A stretch of DNA of 64,000 nt from Piromyces finnis finn (Eukaryota > Fungi > Neocallimastigomycota). Under the pieces are notes generated by a model that had not been told where the DNA came from, did no database searches, and worked only from the letters and a program-made list of their open reading frames with translations. Positions 49,901 through 64,000 of the stretch are shown here, in pieces. Location of the stretch: positions 620,001 to 684,000 of the forward strand of contig MCFH01000025.1 in assembly GCA_002104945.1 (NCBI GenBank), in the 5' to 3' direction. The stretch's first letter is position 1; each line of letters begins with the position of its first letter. The position numbers were made by a program, and so were the translations under genes.

Positions 49901-51812
49901 ATGAATACTTTAAATGAACATCATGTTAATCAATTTGTTGATATTCTACGTTTTTCTCGACTAAGAAGATCTCAATTATTAAATGATATTAATTTAATTT
50001 ATGAAGAAGAATCTGAAAAAGAGTACCTATTGTTATATACCTTTTTATTTTTCAAATGGCATTTTTTAACAACTCTAGCATTAACATTGATAATAATAAA
50101 ATATATAATATATATATATATATTGATAAAAAAACTAATATATGTATACATATCTTTATATAAATTAAAAAAGACTATATGATACCACATATAATAAAAA
50201 TGAAGTTGAACAAATTATTAATAATATAAGAGATGTTGTTAAAAATTTTGTAGAAAATGAAGTCTTAAATATTAATCATATGAATGTTCTTCTCTTACAA
50301 CAATTCTGTAAGCAAGCTGAGTTTTGGCATTTAAATTTATTAGCTAATATTTCAGAATTAGAAAATAGGTATTATATTTTTTTTCTTAATTTATAAAAAA
50401 CTTTTTCATTTTACAGATTTGATTCATAACCTATTTTTTCCTAATAGACAATTACTTAATAATATTAAACAGTTTGAAGAAGAACAATTTCATAAAAATA
50501 AATTGGTATGAAATCAATAAAATATTCTTTTTTTAATAAAAAAAAGAGAGAGAGAGACATAGCTTTATTACATCATGCATCTATTAATATATCCATAATA
50601 TAATATTAAATTTATAGATGAAACAACAAACAACAAATAAATTGGAACCACTTATTAATGAAGGGCCTGTTGGTATTCTGAAAAAGGTAATATACATATA
50701 TATCATACCAATTTATAATATCATCTTTTAATTATATATTAACAAATAGAATTCTTTTTTATTATTAGGAAATCGAAGAATTACAAAAAGAAAATAAACA
50801 AATTAAACAAGATAAAGAAAATCTAAATAATAAAATTAAAGAATTATCCAATATAAATAATATATCTGATGATAAAATAAAAGAATTAAAAAATAAAATA
50901 GATTCATTACAACATGAAATTAAGAAATTAAACACACTAAAATACGATAAAGAAAAAAATAAAAAGGATGATCTAATAAAAGTAAATAGCATATACAATA
51001 TATATAAAAGGCTATTAATAATAAGTAAAAATATGAAAAAAAAAAGGACCAGCCAATTAAATATATAGTTTTCTTTTATTTTATTTTTAGGCAGTTGATG
51101 ATGCAATTGAAGATAAAAAAAGTAAAAAACAAGTAAAGAAAGATATAAACGATAATCTAATAAATGAAAAAATTAATAATATTATAGAAAAATCAAAGCT
51201 AGCTGATATTAAAGGATCAAAGGTTCGAAGAAGAAGAAAATACTTAAGAATTCTTTCGTATACTATGTAGATATTTATAATATACTTTTTTATTAATATT
51301 TTTTTTTTTTTTTACTTTTAGTTAAATGTTGATGAATTACTAAAATTTCAAAATATACAAACTCAAAAACAGGTAGCTTTTTTTAAAAAAAAAAAATAAT
51401 CTTATAGCTAATTTAATTAAATAAAAAAATAATAATAATATAATATTAAATATATTTTTAAAAATAATAGATAAAATCATTAACAGAAGAAGTAGAATCA
51501 TTAAAAAAGGTATATTCTTATGAAATACTTTTATAATATTTAATATTAAATGAATTAACCTTTTTTAATGATTCAAAAAAAATAGGATTTAGATTCAAAA
51601 TTAAGTCAGTCAAGTCCTGTGCAAAATCTAAAAAGAATGCTCATTGAAAGAAATAATCAATACAAGATTTTAAAAGCTGAGATTCTAAAGTAAGATTTAA
51701 ACCCTACAAATAATAAATGTTTTTATATTTCCTTTAATATATTAAAAATAATTCTTTTTTTATTATTTATTTCAAAATTAGGTATAATCCCAATTATCAA
51801 TTCCAAAATTAA
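49901..51812 (+). CDS. LZTFL1: Leucine zipper transcription factor-like 1 (BBS17), a BBSome regulator; multi-exon
   Basis: LNEHHVNQFVDILRFSRLRR, NHMNVLLLQQFCKQAEFWHLNLLANISELEN and C-terminal QNLKRMLIERNNQYKILK resemble the LZTFL1 sequence as recalled; internal exon boundaries were not all fixed. Confidence 0.88.
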
Positions 51813-51889
51813 TTAAAATTATATAATATATTTATTGGTACATCATAACTTTTTTTTTTTTCTTGTTATTTAAATGTATTCTTTATATA

Positions 51890-51931
<42 letters not shown>

Positions 51932-52382
51932 CAATAATAATAACTAAATATTTAAAAGTATTTAAGATTTTTATAATAAACTTTTATTTTTAATTAAAAT
52001 TAAAATGTTTATCTTTTACAAAAATAAAAAAAAAAAAAAAAAGTATGCGTGTGGTGTTTTTTAATTAAACATTTTTATTATATAAAATAAAGTTTTAATT
52101 AGATTAAAAAAAAAAAGTGCTGTGTAAATTATTGTTTTTTAAAAAATTTATATATTTTATTTGACATATTTCTATAATTACTATTATAAACTTCAATAAT
52201 ATTTGAAAAAAAAATAGAAAGCAATGTTTATATCTTTATATTTTTAAATAATATAACATTATTACTTTATTCAAAATAATAATACTATTATTATTAATAT
52301 TAAAATATATATTGTATTATTAATTTTACTATCATACAAATACATTATTAAAGTAATTCTCATAATATTAAAAAAAAAAAAA

Positions 52383-53090
52383 ATGGAAAAGTCTGATTCT
52401 AATGATTATTTAGGTAGGAATAGCAATTACAATTTTATATTTTATACACAAGAAAATGCATATTCATTCTTTTTTTTATTTTTATTACTATTATTATTAT
52501 TATTATAATTATTATTAATTATTATTAATTATTTGGAGTAAGATCAAACTGGAGTAACATCCCTTCTTCAAGAATGTATATTAATACTTCTTGAAAATAA
52601 ACCAGAAAATCCGTTTAAGTTTTTAAACGAACAGTAATGGATTCTAATAAATTGTTTATAAATAAATAAATAGATGGATAGATAGATACATTTATAATAT
52701 GTTTTATATGGATTGAATTTAATAATTAATTTTTATGTTTCTTTCATCAACTATCTATTTTTTTACTATCATATTATATAATTTCAATGGACGAAAAAAA
52801 AATATACTACATACTTTTAAATACTTCCAGTATAAAATTTTGTATTCAAAATGATTCTTCCAAAATAAAAAAGGCTATCCGAGAAATAAATTTATCTCAT
52901 TATACTCAACCCTCTACATTTACAGAGCATGTTGCTTCTGCTTATATTACATTAACAATGGGTAACTTATATATCATAACTATTATTAAATAATGTTATC
53001 ATCATGAAAAATAATAATAATCTTGATAATTTTCAATTCTGCAATAACTCAAATTAGATAATAATAATAACAACAATAATAATAACAATA

Positions 53091-53121
<31 letters not shown>

Positions 53122-53421
53122 AACATCTGGAATAATATGGGGAAAGTTTGAAGAATTCTTATCAGAATTGACAAAGTACACTATTTACAGTATTTGAGTT
53201 ATTAAAAATTATCAATGTACATATTGATCCATGAATATATAATTTATACATTAATATATTTTAAAAAAATTTTCTTTCTTGTAGAAATGTTCCAATTACC
53301 ATTATTAAAGCTATTACATTAAAAGTAAAAAAATCTGATTTTGAAGAATTTGTTCAATTAGATGAATTTTTTGAATGTGTATTAAATTGCTTATTATTAG
53401 ATGGTAAAATCATTGATTTTG

Positions 53422-53453
<32 letters not shown>

Positions 53454-54035
53454 ATATAAATTTGTATATCCGAAAACAATAGTAATAATATTCATTTTCA
53501 TCTTTATACATACAATATATATAATATTTTTTTAAAAATATCTATCTTTTAGATTTCTTTGAAGAATCAAAATATTTATACAGTAAAAAGGATGCCACTC
53601 TAGAATTATATAAAAGTTGGTCACAACCATCTATCCAAGATTATATACCTAAAAATATTATTATTGAATTATTAAAGAAACTGAAATACTTTTTTGATAG
53701 TGAAATTAAAAAACAAATGTATGACATAAAATATATTATACCCTTGTAATAATAATAACAATGAGATTAAAAAATAGAAATGAAATTATATATCTATAAA
53801 TAATATATGAATATTAATACTAATTATTTATATAATTTTCTTTTTTTAAATACATCTTTTTTTTTTTTTATTATATATATCTATAATTAAAAGAACAAAA
53901 TCTGAATATAGAAAAGCACTAAGAAAATTTATTCAAAGTAAAAATTCAAATCTAGTATGTCCTAAAGATGGTCATGATTCCTATATACCATTTGAACAAT
54001 ATATGGAGGTTTTACTTCAAAGTTGTTGTTCTTAG
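52383..54035 (+). CDS. TPGS1: Tubulin polyglutamylase complex subunit 1-like; multi-exon
   Basis: DYLDQTGVTSLLQECILILLENKPENPFKFLNE (RIIa/Dpy-30-like) and IKKAIREINLSHYTQPSTFTEHVASAYITL match the TPGS1 layout as recalled; the last exon ends VLLQSCCS*. Confidence 0.8.
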
Positions 54036-54440
54036 CTTTTCTTTTCTTTTCTTTTTTTAATAATAATAACATTTATTTATTTATTCATTCATTTATTTAT
54101 TTAATAATAAGCAATAAAAATAAAATAATAAAAAAAATATTTAATTGTAATTGTTTATACTATTTGGTTTTTATTTGCTTTTATTATTATTATTATATTA
54201 TTATCATTATTATTATTATTGTTTTTTGCTTTTGTTTTTGTTTTTGTTTTATTTATTGTATATTTATTTAAAAAAAAATTATATTATATATTCTGCGTTA
54301 TATCTTTACTTTTTTTTTTTTTTTTTTTTGTTTTATCGATAGTATTATGTTATTATATATGCTAACTAATAATCATTTTTTCACTCTTTAAAAATTAAAA
54401 ATTATTTACAATGAACTTATCATTACTTTATAAAAAAGAC

Positions 54441-57430
54441 TTATTTCATATAAAAATCACCACCATATTTGATTTTTTCAATTTTCTTTACAGATGTATT
54501 ATCATTGGCATACTTTTTCTCAAATTGTTTAACCTTCTTTTTCTTAATTTTATTCGATTTTACCGATATTGGATTAATAGCAATGGAATAGTCATAATCA
54601 TCATATCCATAATAGTTATGGTCTTCATCAAAATCATCATCATAAAACTCTTCTTCCTCTTCTTCTCCACCTTCTCCATCAAAATTTTCATGAAAGCTTT
54701 CAATGGATTCAATTAAATAATTGTAGATTTTATTAGAGGCTAATTCACGAGCATACATTAACGCTGTTTTACCTTGATAGTCCCTTATATTAATATTACA
54801 TCCATAAAATACCAATAGTTTCACAACCTCTATTTTATTTTGCTCACATGCATGGATGATTTAGTATATATCCTAGTTATTGTAAGGGCAAAAGATTTAC
54901 CCGTAAGGATATATATACTAAACATTAATGCTGTTTTCCCTTTGGCTCCTTTTAAATCAACATTACAATCATAATCTAATAAGAGTTTGACACTGTTTTT
55001 ATGGCCATATTGACTTGCATAAATTAAAGGATGGTCACCATCATGGTTAACAACATCAATATCAATGCCTTGATACAACAAAAATTCTAATATATCACAT
55101 TTATAAAGTTTACAGGCATACATCACAGCTGTATTTCCTTCATTATTTCTCTTTTGCCAATCAACATCATAAAGCATGAGTAATTCCACAATTTCTGTCT
55201 TCTCACTTAATATACCATACATTAAAATAGTTTCCCCAGAATTTGTAATATTATTTATATTGGCTCCCTGTTCAATTAAATACTGGACAATATCAAGATT
55301 TCCATACTTGCATGCATAATTCAAAGCGGTTTCACCTTTTTTATTCCTTTTATTGATATCGGCATGGTGTTGGATAAGTTCTTCCACCACATTTTTAAAA
55401 TTATATTTACAGGCATACATAAGGAGTACTTTTTGATTTTTCAAGGTTTCAAAATTAATAATATCTTTTTTCAATGTTTCCTTAATAGACAATAAAGATT
55501 CAACAATTTCTTTATTCTTTGTTTTTAAAGCATACGTCAAAGGAAGCTTACAATAAAAGTCTGAAATGGTAGTGTCTACACCATGGCAAATTAAATATTT
55601 AACAATATCAATGTATCCTAATTTACAAGCTATAATTAATGCTGTTTCCCCGTTTTTGTTCCTTTTATTGATATTAATACCACAATTTATTAAATATTCA
55701 ATAACATTTAAAAATCCTGATCTAGTAGCCATTATTAATCCGGTTTCATCGCAACCATTGGATCTATTAGGATCCGCACCATGTTTAATTAAATATTGTA
55801 CAGCATCAAATAATCCTGTTTGACAAGCATACATTAATGCTGTATTACGTTTCACATCAAGACTTTCCAGCGGATAGTCATTATAGCGTGTTAAAATATG
55901 CAATGCCATAGCTTCATATCCGGATTTACAAGCATAAATTAAAAGTGTTTCGTCATCATCATTTTTACAATATATATCTCGTGCTCCATGTTTAAGTAGA
56001 ATCTCTATTAATTTTTTATTATTAGATTTAAATGCAATCGTTAAATAATTTTTTATGGGTGGTACAGATGGACAAGGCTCTGCCCCTTGTTCCAATAAAA
56101 GATTGACTACCTTTTCATCGCCCAGATAGCAAGCTTGCGCTAATGGTTCATTTTTATAGTTAACATCCGCGTTATAATCAATTAATAGCTTAATAACTTC
56201 CATATTTCCATTTCCACAGGCATAGCATAAACCTTTATGAATATTTGGTATATTTGTTTGAAGAAGATGTTTCACAATTTTCAAATTACCATTTTTACAA
56301 GCAGAATAAAATGTTGAGGCTTCTTCATCTACATTATAAAATGAAACATTAAAGTTTTGTAAAAATTTTCCTGAATTCAATATTTTATTATACTCTACAT
56401 CTGAAATAAATAAATCGGCACCATGTTTCACAAGAAATTTAAATAATGGCTCATTATGTAATGCATAATATATAACATGGTACCAACCATTTAATTGTCC
56501 TCTAACATTAATCATTGCTCCTTTTCTAATAATATAATCAGTCATTTTGATATCATTATTAGTTATTATATAATATATCAGAAGATTTCCTTTACTATCA
56601 AACTGATTTAAATAGTCAAATTGATTAAATTGTGTACCTTTTTCAATTAAATATTGAAATACATCAATTTTATTTTTGTTATAAAGTGTACACAATAAAT
56701 CTGAAAGAAAAGAATGGTTTGAAAAGAACTCATAAGAAATTCCAGTTTCAATGTAACGTTTTATAAAGTTAAGACTTTGATGCTTACACGCCTCTGCTAC
56801 ATCCATAAATGAAATGTGTAATCTGTCCGATTGAATAATTCCATTGCTTAATAGTTGCTTTAATTTCTTTGTACTACATGCATTATTATTTTCAGATAAA
56901 TATAATAAATTTAAAATGCAATCTTTGGTATATAAAGTGTATTGTAAAAACAAAGTTTCTAATAAATCATATTCTTTATCAATAATAATATAGCTTAGAA
57001 ATGATTTGTCATGGATATCAAGAGCATTAATATTAACACCATTCTTTATTATATATGCTAATGATTCCTTATTTAGTATTTTATGTTTATACAAGTAAAA
57101 TAAGATAGTATCGTTATTGCCATTAATATAATTGATATCTGCATGTTTCTTGATAAATAAATCAGAAATTTCAAAATTATTAATTGATAATGCTGAAGCA
57201 AGTGGTGAATTACCATTGATTAATGAATAATTTAAATTCTTATAAAGCTGTTGATAATTATCTAATATTACTTTTACTATTGGTATTGATGAAGCATTTT
57301 TTATGGTATATATTAATAAGTCAAAAGTATTGTTTTTAATATCTCCATCACTAATTTGATGATTCAAAGATAAATAGGATTCGATTTCATTAATGTTTCC
57401 TAATTTTATTAATTCCTTTAACTTTTCCAT
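54441..57430 (-). pseudogene. Ankyrin-repeat protein (about 973 aa if repaired), frameshifted by a 68-bp insertion
   Basis: Many G.TAL.YAC..G...V..L repeats; removing 54857-54924 restores GKTALIHACEQNKIEVVKLL and joins the two ORFs. Confidence 0.85.
54857..54924. mobile_element. 68-bp inverted-repeat (MITE-like) insertion
   Basis: Arms TGATTTAGTATATATCCT and AGGATATATATACTAAACA, with an inner stem GGGCAAA/TTTACCC; it lies between A and T with no clear TSD. Confidence 0.7.
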
Positions 57431-57877
57431 AGTCTACTGTTATTCTATACTACTTATCATTAAAATTCGATATAAATGTCGTATATAGTGAAAATCATTA
57501 AAATTAAAATGTATAATAAAAAATAAAATTGAAATAACTTGTTATGAGTTTGTTTCCATTCTAATTTCTATTTTATTAAAATGGTAATAGCAAATGCAAA
57601 AAAGTAATTTTTTTTCAAAAAATGTTGAAATATCATATATTTATATGTGATCATATGATCATTTTTATCTATTAAAATTTGTACTTCACAAAAAAAAAAC
57701 TTGAAAATTTAGTTAATTTTTAATTAACATTTTTTTTTTTTTAAATTATTATGTTTATATATTTATTTTCTAAAAATTAACGAATTTATTAATTTGAAAT
57801 TTCTTTTTTTTTTTTTTGTTCTTTCAAATATAAATAATATTAAATATACATAATAATAATAATAATAGTAATAGTAA

Positions 57878-60800
57878 ATGAGGAACCCAAATAGTTTAGA
57901 TTTTAATTATTTTCAACAGGAAAATGTACAAAAAAATTTAGTTCAAATTGTAGATTTAATAAAAGAACATTTATTAGAAAAATACCCAATTATAGTTCAA
58001 GATATTTCTTCTACAGTAGCTGCAAAATGGATAATTGATATTGATAAAAGTCAGCAAAGTATTTTAGATATATCACAAATAATTGGTATACCACCAACAA
58101 TTATAAAATTACCAAGAAAATGGTTAACTGATTTAACCATTTCAAAACAAGGAATCTTATATAATATATTAAAATGTTACATCAAATTTATTAACCAAAA
58201 TGAAATACGTTCTATTAGTGAACAAACCGATAATTTAAAGAAAAAAGCATATATTGAAAATTTGATCTCTAATATTTTTGATTGTTTGGAAAAAAAGAAT
58301 ATTATCAATTTACCGAAATTTTCATTCAGTAATAATTTCCCAGAAAATGAAAAATCAAAAATAACGCAATTAATATATAAGATTAAAGGTCAGTTTTTTT
58401 TATTATTATTATTTATTTGCTTATTTATTATTTATTATTATATTGCTATTTTATTTTATGTTTGTTCTTTTTCCATATATATATGTATATATAAAATTTA
58501 TTTGGTATTAGTTTAATTTTATCTAGTAGAAATAAAATTAAGAAGAATAACAATATCTAAGTAAAAAAATGAAAAATAATAAATGAGAATAATCAAAATA
58601 ACATCTTTCATAGTAAAGCAAATATTTATTTTTATTGATTTGAAATTCTAATATTATTAAAAAAAAAAAAAAAAAAGTTATTAAAATTTTAATTATCAAA
58701 AATAAAATAATATAGCTTTTATAAAAATTATAGAAATTTCTTCACTTTATAGCTTATAACTATCTAATATCTAATTTTATTTGTTTAATGTATTTTCCTC
58801 TTTAATATTTAATTTCTTTTTTTTTTTTTAATTATTCCATAAATAATAAAAATAATCAATAGGTTCAATTTCAGATTATGAGCATTCAACATATTGCATA
58901 TATAATAATAATAATAGCAGCACCAAAGAAAGTCGTATAGTAGCAAAATCAAATAATTTAGTGCATATACATTATTTAAATTATCCAGATTCTTATGATG
59001 CATTTATAACAGAAAATATAGAAAGTTTTGAAAACCCAGAAAAAATTGAGGATAAAAATAAACCTTACCCAATATCAAAAAAATGGATAGATGATAGTGT
59101 AAAATTTAATGAATGGATGAATGAAAATGATTATATAGTAAATCCATTAAAAAGAGAATTAGTTGAAGAAGAAAGTGATAAAAAAGCTAATCAAGAAAAA
59201 AAGAATAAAATTGATAATGAACCAGCACCAATAGAAAACAGCAACATTGTAAATTCAGGACCCCAAGAAAATGAAAACCAAGATAAAATTGCTTTTTTGA
59301 ATAATAATCAAGGATCTGTTCCAGAAGTTACACCTGTTCAAATTAATAAACAAATTAAACCAGGACCAAAAATAAAAAATGATGATACAAAACCAATAAC
59401 AAATGGAAGATTTTTAAATATATCACAAAGTATTGAAGATGGTAGTATCAATAGCAATACAATTAATGCTAACACTACAGAAAGTAACAATGTTAATAAT
59501 GAAAGTACCGCCAACAATACTAGTGAATATAACGATGTTACTAATAATGAAAGTACTACTGACAATAATGGTGAAAACCCTAATATCAATACTAATAATG
59601 AAAGTACTACCAATAATAATATCACTACTAATAACGATATAACAACAGAAATTAAAAAGGAAAATAATGATAATAGTATGTCTGTTGATCCATCAACATC
59701 TATTCCTTTAGATCAAAATAAAAACCCATCAGAAAATGAAAATAGCAAAGAAAAAGAATCAGAACCAGAACCAAAAAAAGAAGAAGAAGATCATAGTTTA
59801 GATAATGTTGAGATTGATGATGGTTCAATTAGAGATATTCAAAGTATTATAAATTCAGATAAAGCAAAAGAATATATTGCAAAACAAACCCATGAAATTA
59901 TAATTCCAAGTTATGCAGCATGGTTCTCTTTCTCAGATATTCATGAAACTGAAAAGAAAGCCTTACCAGAATTCTTTAATAATAAAAATAAATCAAAAAC
60001 TCCAACTATTTATAAAGAATATCGTGATTTTATAATAAATACATATCGTTTAAATCCGTCAGAGTATTTAACTGTAACTGCTTGTAGAAGAAATTTAACT
60101 GGTGATGTATGTGCTATTATTCGTGTTCATGCCTTTTTAGAACAATGGGGCCTTATTAATTATCAAGTAAGTTTTTTTTTTTATTATTTTTTTTATAATA
60201 AAATAAAAAGTAAAACCAGTTTATTTTATAAAAATTATAAAATGTATAGCGTGTTAATAATTACTTGTTAATCATCCTTATTAAATGATTATTATTTAAT
60301 TTTATTATATTTATTATTCTTAACTAATTAGGTTAATCCAGACATTATTCCAAACCATATGACACCACATCTTGCAGGAAACTACAGACTTAATATGAAT
60401 ACATCATTAAACCAAGCTTCAATAAGCAATTTAAATACTATCAATAATAGTCAAGTAAATCTACATCCATTACCACAACCACAACAAACACAAATCAAAA
60501 ATTTAAATAATTCTATTAAGAATGAATTAAATTCCAATGTTCATAAGAATGTTTATCATTCTACTGCCGGTGAAAATAATGTCATTAAATTACAAAATGG
60601 AAATTTAATAACTTATTGTCAATCATGTCAAAAAGAGTTTACTAAATATCAATATGTTAATCATAAAATAAGAAACTACGTTATTTGTTCGAATTGTTTC
60701 TACGAAGGAAAGTATCCAATGACAATGCAAAGTGGTGACTTTTTCAAAACTATTAATAAAAATTATCAAAAGGATCTTAAAGATACTGAAAATGAATGGA

Positions 60801-61885
60801 CAGATCAAGAAACTTTATTATTATTAGAAGGTTTAGATATGTATGACGATGATTGGAGTAAAGTTGCTGACCATGTTAAAACTAAAACTCAAGATCAATG
60901 TATTCTTCGTTTCCTTCAACTTCCAATTGAAGATCCGTTCCTTGATATTTCACAAAAAGATTTAGGTGGTCTTCAATACCAAGATGATCCATTGAATCAA
61001 ACCGAAAATCCAGTCATGTCTATTGTAGCATTCTTAACCTCAGTTGTCAATCCAGGTGTTGCCTCTGCTGCAGCTAATGCTGCCTTGGTAGAATTAGGTA
61101 AAGAAATCGATAAGAAGGACGTCCAAGTTGAAAAAGATTCCTTAGATAAAAAGGCTACACCACCAGAAATTAAGAAAGATAACAAGACAGTGACAGTAGA
61201 TGAACCACCAAAATCTGAAGAAGATGGAGTTAAGAATCAAGCAGTAGATGCTATGAAGGTTGATGAAGACAAAACAATAATAACTGCTAATGCCCCAACA
61301 CCAGCATCAAGTAACCTTATGAAAACAGAATCTATGATCTCTGAAGCCAATACAACAATGACAGATGCCACTTTACCAACTATTGATACAAAACTTCCAG
61401 AAAAGCCATTAGCTGACACTTCAGAAAATAAGGATGAAACCCAAGAACAAGAAATAGTATCCAAGCAAGCTTTACAAAAAGCTGCTGCTGCTGCCTTAGC
61501 TGCTGCTGCTGCAAAAGCTAAAGTTTTGGCAGTTTATGAAGAAAGAGAAATTCGTCATTTAGTTAATGAGTTAATTGAACTTCAATTAAAAAAATTAGAA
61601 ATGAAAATGAATCAATTTGATAAATTGGAAATTGTTCTCGAAGCCGAAAGAAATGAATTAAAAAAGAAGCAAAAAGAATTATATGCAGAACAAGTTGCCT
61701 TAAAGAAACAAATGTTAAGTCAAAATATTGAATATAAGCCTCTCTTAGCCGTATCAAATCAAGAATTAAACTCTACCGAAAATAAGGATCAAATGATTAT
61801 TGATACTCTAACCACAAATGGACAAACTGGACCCGAAGCCTCAGCTCCAGCTCAAACCCCACAAAAGAACTTTATCAGTATTTAA
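57878..61885 (+). CDS. SMARCC: SWI/SNF-RSC core subunit (SMARCC/Swi3/Rsc8): N-terminal module, SWIRM, ZZ-like finger, SANT, coiled coil; three exons
   Basis: join(57878-58388, 58863-60166, 60332-61885) is in frame; [15 protein letters not shown]...[14 protein letters not shown]; [17 protein letters not shown]...FLQLPIEDP; EEREIRHLV coiled coil. Confidence 0.95.
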
Positions 61886-62144
61886 TTTATTTAGAAGATC
61901 ATCCCAACAACAGCAGCAACATCATTATCATCAATATTATCATTCTCGACAACAAAATAAATAATTCCGTTTTTCTTTTTATCCTTACTAAATAGTCCAA
62001 AAAAAAAAAATTATCCTTTTTTTTTTTAGATAAATAATTAAGAATCATTATTTGTAGGATTTAAGCAATAATAATATACAACCCGGTTTTATCAATTTAT
62101 TTATTAAAAAAAAAAAAAAAAAAAAGATTATATTTTATATATAT

Positions 62145-62178
<34 letters not shown>

Positions 62179-62444
62179 ATTATTTTACCTATATATAATA
62201 TTTATATTTTTTATTCCTTAAAAGTATAATTTGTTTTATTTTTTTTTCTAATTTTTTTTTGTTTTGTTCTTTATTCCATTTTTAAAGTAGTAGTCATAAT
62301 AACTTCACATTTACTCTCCCTATTATAGTTTATAATTATTTATTTTTATTAGTACAATCATCTTTTTTTTTTTATTTTTCATTCTTTATTATTATTTTAA
62401 TTTAATATAAATAAAAATAAAAATTTAATTAATAATTTATTTAT

Positions 62445-62524
62445 TCATTCATTCATTAATTCATTAATTTATTTATTTATTTATTTATTTATATATTTAT
62501 TTATTTATTTATTTATTTATTCAT

Positions 62525-62586
<62 letters not shown>
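62445..62586. repeat. (TTTA)n/(TTCA)n microsatellite
   Basis: Direct reading. Confidence 0.9.
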
Positions 62587-62588
<2 letters not shown>

Positions 62589-62741
62589 AATTGAATTTTT
62601 TTTTTTGTGAATCAATATTTCTAAATTTTATTGGCTAATATTTTGATTTTTTAAAAAAAAATTTTTTTTTTTTTTTTAAATTTTTCTTTTTTTTCAAGAA
62701 GCACTTTTATTAAAGTTGAACCTAAAATAATAAAAAAAAAA

Positions 62742-63940
62742 ATGGAAAATAATAGTAGTGAAGAAGTTTCAAAGGCTAATCAACCAGTTCGTGGAAGACC
62801 AGTTTCAGGTTAATAGATTATTAGCAAAAATAATAAAAAGTAGCTAAGAGAAAAGAAAATAAAAATTATAAAAGTCTTTATGTGTTTAATGGAATAGGAT
62901 TTACCTTTTTATTTAAAAAAAAAAAAAAAAAAAAACATTTTGGAAATATTAAAAATACATTATTCGGATTTACAGATTTCATATCCAATTTTTAAAAAGT
63001 AATAAAAAGAAAGGAAAGGAAAGAGAAAAATCAATAAATAAAAAATGACCTCCAAATATTCGTAAAAAAAAAAAAAATCAAACACAAATTTTATAATTTT
63101 TTAAATATTTACATAGCATTAATACTAAATTAGCAAACTAAATTCATTAAAATAATAGCATAAACTATTGAAATTTGAAATTTTTAGTTTTTCAACTTTA
63201 TAAAACTTTTTTTTTTTTTGTTTTTAAATTATAATTTCATAAATATATTTAATATATTTAAAATAATTTATCAAAGATTATTAACTTTTTTTTTATTATT
63301 ATAATATTTTCATAAATACATTTGTTTTATGTATATTCAAATTCATACATATATTGAATTCGGATAATATAACATTTTAAAAATTTAAAAATAATAATAA
63401 TAAATAAATAAACAGGAAAAGTATGGAAAAATGTTAGAACAGCAAATGATAGAAAGATTTCCATGAGATCCAAATCTTTAAAAAATTCATGGCAAAAGAG
63501 ATTAGAAGAAAGAAAGAAAAAAGTATTTATTTGAAATATATATAAATATACAAATATAAATATGCTATATGAAATAGTATAGTGTTCATTATTGAAAAAA
63601 TAGTTATTACTATTGGATATTAATTTAAAAAATATATATACTTTTATAATCATTTTAAAAAAAAAAAAAAAAATTTTATTATTTAGCAAATGATAAAAAC
63701 TCTTGAAAAGGAATTAAAGGATACTAAAGAAAGAGAAAAGGAGGTAAATATATATGAATATAAATAATACATATAATAATACAATAATAATTATATTCCA
63801 AAATAATTTATTAAAATATATTTTATTAAAAATACTAATGATATTTATGAAATATTTGTTTAACAGGAAAGAAGAGCTGCTGCTATTGAAAGACAAAAGA
63901 GAAAAGAAGAAAATGAAAAGCGTGCTGAAATTGTTCAATC
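62742..63940 (+). CDS. CGR1: rRNA-processing protein Cgr1/CCDC86 family; multi-exon, continues past the window
   Basis: Spliced product reads RGRPVSGKVWK...NSWQKRLEERKKKQMIKTLEKELKD...RKEENEKRAEIVQ. Confidence 0.88.
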
Positions 63941-64000
63941 TGTAACTATCCATAAAATATAATTTTAATTTCATAATAATAAATTGCTTCATAATATTGT

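Noticed and set aside
51897-53450. Long A runs (about 51897-51930 and 53423-53450) as retro-insertion tails
   Set aside because: No adjacent element sequence or TSD was found, and long homopolymers are common throughout this DNA.
63327-63992. Short minus- and plus-strand ORFs of 63-120 aa
   Set aside because: They overlap introns and exons of the CGR1-like gene and have low-complexity composition.

Overview
Very AT-rich eukaryotic DNA with short GT-AG introns, an intronless GH5 cellulase, a solute-binding-protein/7TM receptor and ciliary genes. It is most likely an anaerobic gut fungus (Neocallimastigomycota); this is an inference. The window has three zones. (1) 1-8.5 kb is a decaying accessory block: a frameshifted secreted Ser/Thr-rich protein (possibly aerolysin-like with a lectin tail), a pseudogene paralog of it, two orphan ORFs and an ancient LINE relic. 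(2) 16.5-31.9 kb is a nest of one single-ORF LINE family (APE + RT + CCHC). Four copies, each with its own 12-14 bp target-site duplication, lie inside other copies of the same family, all in the same orientation. One copy is full length with an intact 1511-aa ORF. The 5' UTR carries ~124-bp tandem monomers that can fold into hairpins, and independent copies end at the same 5' nucleotide. (3) 32-64 kb holds mostly conserved genes: SER3-like PGDH, a Cys-rich membrane protein, RRP45, LZTFL1, TPGS1, an ankyrin gene broken by a 68-bp hairpin insertion, an SMARCC/SWI3 gene with the animal-type N-terminal module, and CGR1/CCDC86. No database searches were run; family calls are from recognised motifs.
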